From Bugula neritina (Eukaryota; Animalia; Bryozoa), in contig OZ037765.1 of the NCBI GenBank assembly GCA_964035545.1, positions 29,201,504-29,265,503 of the forward strand: a DNA stretch of 64,000 nucleotides. Reading direction: 5' to 3'. The notes below the pieces were generated by a model that was given only the letters and a program-made list of their open reading frames with translations, did not search any database and was not told the origin of the DNA. The translations under genes and the position numbers were made by a program. Positions 54,714 through 64,000 of the stretch are shown piece by piece (the stretch's first letter is position 1; the number at the start of each line of letters is the position of its first letter).

Positions 54714-57700
54714 CTACAACTGGTAGACTATGCTAATAACAGGAAACAAGAGAGAAATAAAGAGGAAGTCCCGGCACGTACTCTGATGAGCAGCACTTCC
54801 TACTGGTCTACTAGATTCTATCCACTTGTTCATTTCATCCTCCATCAACTGAAGGGGGCAGGGGCCAAGGTCTAGCAAAGCTTTATGGAACTCAGGTATT
54901 GAAAAACTGGCACCTATAACATAGCATTTTTATGGTTTTAAATTACCTGATCTATAGTATCAATGGGAGCGAACACAAAGTTTTAGCTGTTCTATAAAGC
55001 TTAAAAAGCATCCTTTAGCTTGCAAAACCAGGAGTCATTTGGTGAATTTAATTTTTTGCTGATCAAACAAGAGTAGCTTCAAATACTAAAATAGAGAGCA
55101 ATTACAGAATTTGGTACAGAATTACAGAGGTGCTGGCTGACTTTAAATCAATTTTCTATAGAAATTATAATTAAAATTTTGTTATTGTTTTTATCAAGTA
55201 AAAGAAAAAGCATATATTTGTTAAAATGATTATTTATTGCTAACAACCAATATAGTTTGTAATTTACTAACCCAGTTCCTGTTCTGCTCTTTGTCTAATC
55301 TCTTTAATCTTAAGTTCTCCAATCTTGTAGCTGCAGGCCTGTCCAGGCCATCTCACGTACCTCTCTATCTGTGCCCAGCATGAGGCATTGCTTAGAGCTG
55401 TGTTTTCCTTCAGATATTCTGCAGCTCTCTCCATTGTCCAGCTGTAATAGTTATATTATAGTTCAACTATAATAGTGTAGTCAAACTATAGTAGTATAGT
55501 CCAACTGAAATAGTTTAGTTCAGCTATAAAAAGGTACCAGCTATGCTAATAGGTTTTTTCCTATAAATCCACCATCTTGTCTACTCAACAGTTATACTGT
55601 TATAAACTCAACATCAGAATGCATAAACTGTTCTTATCTCAGAATTGATAAAGTCACAGTAACTTCTGCTACAATCACCTACTTGTAATAGTGTATTCCT
55701 GTGTCCACCACTAGTCTGGCTGCTCTCAAACTTTCCATAGAGAGTTTACCAAATCTCTCTCTGTCAGTCTTGATAATACCCATCTGTTCACTGAGGTATT
55801 CTGTATACAGCGCCCAGCCCTGCAAGATTAGATTAGTAGGTATATCTCGAAATAATCTTAGAAACTGAGAAAACTACCCTACAAGTTATCAACTTTTTTT
55901 GTTAAAGCGTTCATACTTGCATTTTTCTCAATAACATTAGAGACAAGTTAGTTTTGTAATGCATTTATTCAAATATTCAAATATCAGTTTATATTTATCA
56001 TATAATATGCAGCAAATGTACAATCACAGATTTAGTATATTGTGAATATTCACAAATAAAAAATGATCTAATCATTTAAAGACAAAAGAAAACTAAAGCA
56101 TACATCTCCATGAAAGGTTATTTACAAACCATAATTTAATTAATCTAGTAAAGTTTAATAGCAGTAGATGGCAGTTGATATCTAAAGATTTCGGTAAGCT
56201 AATTTATTCAATATTACTTTTAAAATGTTTAACGTTTTTTTAAAAGCGTAACGTTTGTTTATCTAAGCTAACAAGTGATGGACTAAGTGGGCTTACTTCA
56301 ATGTATTCGGAATATGACGGCCAACTGAATGGATATTGAGCCAAATGACTGTAATCGGAGTATCTTCTAAAGTCAGGCAGCCATACTTCTGAGAGCATAT
56401 GACTGATTTGATAGTGATGACCTGGTATTGACTCATGAACCATCAGTGGCAGCATAACAATCTTCAGTCTGTAAGGAGGGTAGAAGCTAGTGTCTAGAAA
56501 TGTTTCTGAGGGCGATTATTTTAATAGAAACAATTTAACTCAATAGTAAAATCTCTACAAAAATATGATTGCTCACAATTCTCTTGGTTTAGAGCCGTCA
56601 TATGCAAATATGCCATTGGTCCAAGTATTAGAGCCATTATATGTAGGGGAGTAGTATCGTCCCAAACTGCCAGCTGGATTATCTATTATATCTAAGCCTA
56701 TGTTTGGCTCTTTGTAAAACTCTTTGTGTAAATTGGGTCGAATCCTATCGTTTAAGATATTCCAGAAGCCTTCATTCAACTCTTCCTACAAGACAACACG
56801 TGGATTTCCACAAGATAAAATTAGCATAGAAATTGTGAAGGAATTTCAAGTTTACTAAAAAGGGAGGAATTGCCATAACAGTTTCTCAAGACCTGCATAT
56901 TAGGTTTGCACCAAAATATGTATTTACTCAGACCTGTTTGCCATACTTTACACTTCAACTTATGATGTATGTAGATACATGATAAATATTACTATACTTT
57001 TGGCTTATATATGAACTGTTTGCTCATGTAATGTATGTAAATACATATATGATGTTATAAATGTTTGATGGTTATGTTATACATATTTCACTGAAATTGT
57101 TGTAATTTCTTTCATTATTAGGCATCACAACCAATAAGATATGATCACACAACAAACTATTTGTATAATAAAGCTTTTTGCTATAATACTTTTAAAACTA
57201 TTTATGCAATAAGACTAATTTATAGTTTTACAACCTCTTTGAAGTTGGTACAACCATGATGAATTTGGCACTTATTACATTTAAATTAAAAAACCTTAAT
57301 ACTTACGCTAGTAGCAAAAGTTTCATCAGGATCCGAGAGAAGGTACTGTGTGTAGTCACCAATACCTCCCACAAAACCTTCTTTAGACATTATCTGACAA
57401 AATATGAAAAAATGTGTAAACAACAGAAAAAGTATACTATGAAAATTGCCTACTCACTTTTTATAACTTCATCACTTTGCAATTTATACTTTAATTATTG
57501 GTATTACCTTTTCATTAAATTACGTAATTAACTTCATACTGCTTTTGGGAATAATTTAGCCCTTGGTTTTCCTTAGTTAAATTTGTTGCTTTCTGTTGTT
57601 GATAATATGTAGAACCACTATAATGCATCATACTGAAGTATAAAAATTATTTATGCTAGTTTGTTTTTATGTCATATATATGTCATATATATGTCATATA

Positions 57701-60700
57701 TATGTCATATATAGTGAGCTATTAAATTTTGTGGAAATACGTTGTGAGAATACGTTGTTATAAAGAGTTCTAGGATAACATATTAGAAAATGAATAAAAG
57801 GTGTCTAAACTCCTGTTTGAGGTAGAAGGTTACTAAAAAGAATGGGTCGAGAAAAATAATATGTTCGTGACGCTCATGCAAAGAGCAGTATTGCTAAACA
57901 TGCCAGGTGTCCTAAAACCATAATATTTCTCGCATATAAGCAATTCCTACAAATTAAGGACACCACAACCTTGAACTACTTTATACTTAGGATCATCTAT
58001 TGATTAGTCCAACTATTTTTTACTTCAATTTCATTATAATAAATCCATCCTATACGCTATAATATAGGTTTTCTACTTGCTTTATCAGAACTTGCGATAG
58101 TATGAAGTTACTTGTCAATGTTATGATTGTATCATTTTTATGTATTGCTAGAGCATACTTATTACCAAAAAGGTAAAATTTTCTCAATAATGACATTCAA
58201 TCAATAGATATATATGTAAACATTATTTATTGCTGCAATTTCTACTGAGTAGAGAAGAATTAGGTATTATATTGTGTAGACTAAGCCTTATTGCACCTCT
58301 TATCTAAAACCAAAGAGGCCTGAGCAGTGCTGCTAAATAACACAACATGTGAGCTTGCTCTGATAAAATTAGAATATAACCATCAAAATACTGCATTACT
58401 TTGATCAATAAAGAACAATTATTCTCTTCAACAAGTCCAGCGAATTACAGTTTGAGAAGCAAAACTTAAAACAAGTCTAATAATAAAGAATATAAAATTG
58501 TAGCGTATGATAGGGTAAAACTGAGTAGAAGATTGCATCAGTATATTAAATGAGCTTACTTCCTGGTAGTTGTGTGGAATGGTGTTTATTGACACAACTA
58601 CTAAATTCTATTATCTATTTACTATCTATTTGTTTTTACTATCACTGCTGCTGCGGGACCACCCAACTCCAACCCAACCTCAACTCAGCCCAACTCAACT
58701 CAACTGTAACAGTATTTGTTTATCTGCCACTCTTTAAAATTGAGAGATAATTACAGTAGCTAGTATATAAACAAAGTGCCAATGTACATTTAAAATGCAT
58801 GGCTGCATTCATACAGGCTTTAAGAAAGTAAGCTATTTTCTGGGTTTCATGAAATCAGCAACTGTAGCCATGGTTAAAGTGTTGACCTAGTAAAATTATA
58901 CAAGGTCAGTGGTTGCCTCCACACATCTGCAGTGATGTTAGGAAGAGCATTCAGTCATAATTGCTCCTGTGCCACATTATGAATAAGTCCTTAGCCTGAT
59001 TTAACAGAAACCCTTTCCATCAGGGGTTCTCACAGAAATATAATGACTATAAACATGCTTAAGATATTTTTTCTATAAAATCAGCAAGTACACACAGCAT
59101 ATAGCAAAAGTTACACATCAAAGTACACATTGCTCAGTTATCCAAATATTAATTACCACTTTATGTGTACCTGCATGAGTACAATGAACATGCCTAATAA
59201 ATGCTCTGGTTTTTGTTAATGCAATATAACATGTGAAAGAAATTTTGGCTAGTTCTGTCTGTTTTTCGTCTGTCTGTCTGTCTGTTTTGGGTTCAAGTCT
59301 AAGCCTAGGGCCACATGGTGCGTATTTTCGCATGCGAAGATTGAAATCACAAGTAGCAAAGGTGTCCACTGTAGCGTCAGTGATGCGTGATAAATAAAGC
59401 ATTCATTTTTAAATCGCACTCGCTTTCAATAAAACGCAATTTACTGGAATGTAGCACTAAAATAAAGAAATTGGGCTCGCTGAATAACTACCAGCCAATT
59501 AGGTGACCACGACAGAGACGATTTGCACTTGCGTTGAAAATGCAGAGCGACAAGTGCGAATGTTTTCTCAACTCGCACAGTGGACACCTTTGCTACTTGC
59601 GATTTCAATTTTCGCATGCGAAAATACGCACCGTGTGGCCCTAGGCTTAGCAATAAATCACTCATCAGTGTGAGTTTTATTAGTGTCCCAAAGAATGTAT
59701 AGCAGATCTGAAATTGTAGTGTATATTGTGTTGCTGGTTGTTGAAGGGAATACACAAGGGTTACAGTGATTTTTTTTAGAATGCTGCAATTTTGATGTCT
59801 GAAACACCCCTAGTGCAGCTAACTGTCTACAGTAGGTTTCACTTTATATCTGTCAGAAAAAACTCTTATCTATGAATTAAAGTCACTTTTGGCTATTTTT
59901 AGCACAACGTGTTCTTTTTTAACAGTAAAAATGCAGTGCTGGCAGTATTAGAATTGCAATTTTGGCTGTCAAATAGCTAATGATTGCATATTGTAATAAA
60001 TTACAATCAAGTAATGGGAGCCAAAAGGTCGGTTCTGTCATTTTCACTGGCCATATAATTACAATTATGCTGTTGACACTTCATGTCACTATATATACTT
60101 GAATACACAAATTTATGCTGGTAATTCAACATGGATTTCTGTACTCAAATATTAACTAATTCTTTTTAGACTTCATAGTGAAGGTGAATGGCCTAAAGCC
60201 CTAAATAATTTAGACTTCCACAGACACCTATAATTAGCATCTGTTTAGTGCCTTCGTGTGACAACTTGCATAGATTTAACATGGTACTGAGACTACCATT
60301 ACATTCAATAAATTCTAGTTCTATTTACTCAGTTATATCAAACTGACATGTATATTTATAATTATTAGCTTGAAGCTACATGATAATATTATACAGTATT
60401 CTATTTTATAATTCCTCAACTGCTAGATCACCTATTCAATGCTCATGTCACATGACCAAAAAGTTCTAACAGCTAACAGAACAAGATAGCCATATAATAA
60501 TAATTACTTGTTTCATGTCTGTTGTAATTCTCTGTATCTCCTTCAGTCCCAACTGATGAGCATATTCAGGGGTTACATAGTCAGCAGTGTAATGCTTCAA
60601 CGCTGCCTCGTAGTATTTATCTCCCCCTGGTAATGCAGACGCAGAGCCCACAGGACGACAGTGTGGCAAGTATTCCTAAAGAAGTTATTAACTAGCACAT

Positions 60701-63401
60701 GGGTATATGAGTCATACATAATCTCAATCTTAGCACGAAATATTTGTAAAATTAATTCAAATCACAATTTATTTGAAAAAGTAAGGTGCCTGTAGATTTA
60801 TATTTTACAGCAAAAAAGATAGGAAGTTTTACTTACATTTTCAAGTTTTTCAATAAACTGTACCATTCTGTTTCTTAGAACTTCACAATTTGTTTGACCT
60901 TCAGTGAACTTTGGTCTAAAAATAGCAAATTCCAATAACCAGAACACACTAACAATTATAGATACACTGAGGGCTGCAGAGGAAATGGAATATTCAAATT
61001 ATGAGCTGATAACTTACAGGTCTGTCACATTTATCTTCAAATCAATGTAAGGTTGAAAAGCAAAGAACCCATCAAATGATTCTCCCACAGCGTCTTTAAA
61101 CAGATTCAACACATATTCCTAAACAAGTGACAAGAAAATATGACAACATGTGTTATAGAAGAGAATAATTGTCTTTATCAGAGAGCTGGTCTCTCAACAT
61201 CTGCTTGTTGAGGAGAGAGGAATGGAGTTTTAGCCACAATACTATATTAGACCAATTGTGAAACTATAATACAGAATAGTAAATGTAACAGATTACACTA
61301 TACTATGCCAATAAGATCCTTGCTGCTATATATGTTGAACAGACTAGTTTCTATAGCAGCTGCCTAATTAATAACTTTCATAGAAAAGTATATCGTGTTT
61401 CTGCATAACTACATCAACAGTTGGTTGTTTCATTGACTCTGACCCACAAAAAGAAAAATACTGCATGTTTTGACTTGTAAGCAGCAGAAAAAAATGTGTC
61501 AAAAAGAAATTAAGTCATTATACAATTGGGAGAATAGAGTATTGAAAAGTTTTAATAATAATAAACATACACAAGTAGTTTTGGCTGGTGTTAATCCTGT
61601 CTGAATTCCTTCATCCAGAAGAGCTAACTGATCAGTAAACTAAAGACAGAGAACATCAGATGAGTTAATAACTGAGTTAACTGTAGAAGTACACATGAGT
61701 TATTTTAGTAAAAGCTGCGTACTTATAAAGTTCACTAGTTTGTAGATGATAATCTCTGCAAAATATTGTGATAGCCAGTATACCTGACTTAGTGTTTTAC
61801 TGTTTGTGCAAAACAGATGATCTTAAGCTGCACAAAATACATATTTTAAAACTATAATTTACAATAACTATTATAGGCATAATATTTCAACTTGCATTCT
61901 AAAGTAATCAACTGAACTATTCGTAAACAATTCAACTGAGTATAATTTATATAAATACATGAAGAAGTACGTACAACTTGTTGATATTCTACAATTTGCT
62001 GATGCCAGAAGAATAACTCCCCTTCTGTGTCTACTGGGTTTGTAACAGATACTGCAGTCTTAATGCTTGCTAAATCTACGTTCAGTGTTTTAGTATAACT
62101 ACAAGAAATATTGGTATGCATGAGATGTGTTTTAGGACTAGAACAACTTTAATATTGTGTGAAATATAATATTCTATATATGCCCATTTATTTAGCTATA
62201 TCTAGCTAAATAAATAGTCGATTCTAATGCTCAAAAGCTAACATATAGAGCTTGTCTTTTTTCTAATAGGATCAAAATATAATTCAAAGTTCAAGGACAA
62301 TATTTCACTATCAAATACATCTACTAGTTAGGCACCAGTATAATACACATTGAAGTAGATAAAGCAGGTACTACAGTATCTCATGTACACACTATAAGTG
62401 GCTATATTGTTAGATTATATTTGAAGTACTCTACAAGCACACACAAGTACATACTATATCAGTAAACTACTAACTTCATATACTTAGATCCTGATAAGAA
62501 TTTCTCTAGACTGTGCTCCATGATTTTAAGTGTCAATTCATCTTCCTTTTTCTCAAGAGTTTCTGCTAAGTAATCTTTTACTCTGAGTAGAAACTCTTCA
62601 CTCTTGTTCTGCAGAAAGAAATCTATGGTTTTGGGCATCAATTTAATGATATTGCTATTTCAGGGGCAAGGGTAGTATCTGCCTTAAACAAGATTGCAAA
62701 CATGGCTTGAGAGATTTCATTTACTGCTCTGAAGAATACACTTGTTTGTAGCAGGATTAAAACAAAATCACAAGAAGTACCTGAGAACTCAGCTAGTTAA
62801 AAGAGAAGATTACCAGCTGTTAAACATTAACCACATAGGAGTGTACAAAACCCATCTAAACAGCTTGGTGAATGCTTTTTAAAATAATTCTGATAAAATG
62901 AATTTTTCAAATCTGCTGTAGATTATAATTTCACAGTACCATAATATTGTTATACACATTTAAATACTTAACACTAATGAATGCTTTTTTGGCATTTTAA
63001 AACTGCCTCTAATAAAGTTATTTCAAATTTCAATATCATATCCATTATACACACATTATACTCATATACTAAACACTATCATGTTACTCTCTACTATAGA
63101 CTTGTACACTCATCATTCTAACAATTGACCGTCAGCAGATTCCTTGAAATAAAATGTTATGATACTGAAAATTGATAACATTATGTACTTTAAACTAAGA
63201 TATCTGTAACTGTAGAGGTGTTACTCACAATTCTACGCTGAAAGGCAACATCATTCCACTCTTCTACCAGGTATTGATACTTGTTTATGCCATAGCTGGA
63301 GGCCAAGCTGGGATTCTCTTTTATTTTAAAGTCAAAGAAGTCATTAACAAACTTTAAGACTTCAGTTTGATTCACATTTCGACACTGTATGGTACTTACA
63401 C
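54714..63401 (-). CDS. DUF885 family protein (putative zinc metallopeptidase-like), predicted secreted and GPI-anchored; 5'-partial in this window
   Basis: Minus-strand exons 63401-63229, 62608-62475, 62098-61975, 61639-61571, 61118-61018, 60915-60837, 60675-60508, 57393-57307, 56785-56577, 56468-56297, 55819-55683, 55441-55272, 54913-54714 splice in frame with GT-AG. DUF885 motifs: EYLPHCR..G...[72 protein letters not shown]...L..GP.PL. Tail [28 protein letters not shown]. Confidence 0.9.
55446..55527. repeat. Tandem repeat of about 20 bp abutting a DUF885 splice acceptor
   Basis: TAGT(T/C)CAACTATAATAGT.. units, about 4 copies. Confidence 0.7.
58863..59055 (+). mobile_element. tRNA-derived SINE, family A, diverged (DUF885 intron 8)
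   Basis: Shares the body GTGATGTTAGGAAGAGCATT...GCTCCTGTG...AATAAGTCCTTAGCC...ACTATAAAC; head degenerate. Confidence 0.75.
59302..59647. mobile_element. MITE, 346 bp, with terminal inverted repeats of about 70 bp and TA flanks
   Basis: TA|AGCCTAGGGCCACATGGTGCGTATTTTCGCATGCGAA...AGCAAAGGTGTCCACTGT and ACAGTGGACACCTTTGCT...TTCGCATGCGAAAATACGCACCGTGTGGCCCTAGGCT|TA. Confidence 0.88.
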
Positions 63402-64000
63402 CTAAATTGAAGCATATAATGATAAGTTTGAAGTTTTATTAATGTTATATAATAGATTATTGTGTATTTTATTCCATCCTATAATGCAATTAACTTGCAT
63501 TGTATAACATGTGGTTGGATGGTGTAGTGCAGTATGATGCATTTCAGTTTTACCGTGAAAGATATATACAGTAACAGTAAAACACTATAATATAATGTGC
63601 ACACTTTAACAGAATGCTTCTTCTTTCCATTGTTTAATGAACAGTCTGTATATTATAATGTACACATCACAATATATTAATCTAGGCCCTGCTAGTAAAT
63701 CAATAAAACTACCATCTAAAATGATGAGTGACCCATATAGTAATTTCGATTCCCCTCAGTCCCAGAACAGCTAGTGGTTAGAGCACTGGCCCATGCAGCT
63801 TTACTTTTGTTATTGTTGTTGGAAAAAACTCCGAAAGGAAACCCTGTGCCACAGCTTACACTGCTCTTGGCCTGAGTACATAAAGATCACTACCACAAAA
63901 AATTTTCACAGAAATAGTCACTTTAAATAATCGATGATTTCTTCTAGCTACAAGACAAAGGGCACCTTGTGACACCCATCAAGTCAATCTGTCATTGCAT

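Noticed and set aside
59118-59755. Two ORFs sharing similar peptides
   Set aside because: They are read through the MITE inverted repeats.
54714-63401. Bacterial contamination as the source of DUF885
   Set aside because: Many spliceosomal introns, a host SINE shared with the SLC5 introns, and base composition like the rest of the window.
63770-63880. GTGGTTAGAGCACTGG A-box-like motif (similar at about 12060)
   Set aside because: No B box or shared body; not enough to call a SINE.

Overview
AT-rich, intron-rich animal (invertebrate-type) genomic DNA; the species cannot be determined from sequence alone. Bases 39-47409 hold a head-to-tail array of four apparently intact 15-exon SLC5 sodium:solute symporter genes (SMCT/NIS/SMVT-like clade, about 610 aa each) with signs of patchy gene conversion, plus an inverted fragment of exon 1. 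Bases 48720-63401 hold two convergent copies of a DUF885-family gene. The minus-strand copy is intact but lacks its first exon, which is probably beyond the window; it has a HExxPGHH...EGWALYxE metallopeptidase-like motif and a GPI-type C-terminus. The plus-strand copy is frameshifted and lacks the catalytic exons. Introns and spacers carry a Penelope/retrozyme-like direct repeat with two intact and one decayed hammerhead ribozyme, tRNA-derived SINEs, MITEs, a copia RNase H remnant, a possible P-element transposase remnant and long microsatellites. Exon boundaries were read by hand from splice motifs, phase continuity and cross-paralog comparison, without transcript evidence.
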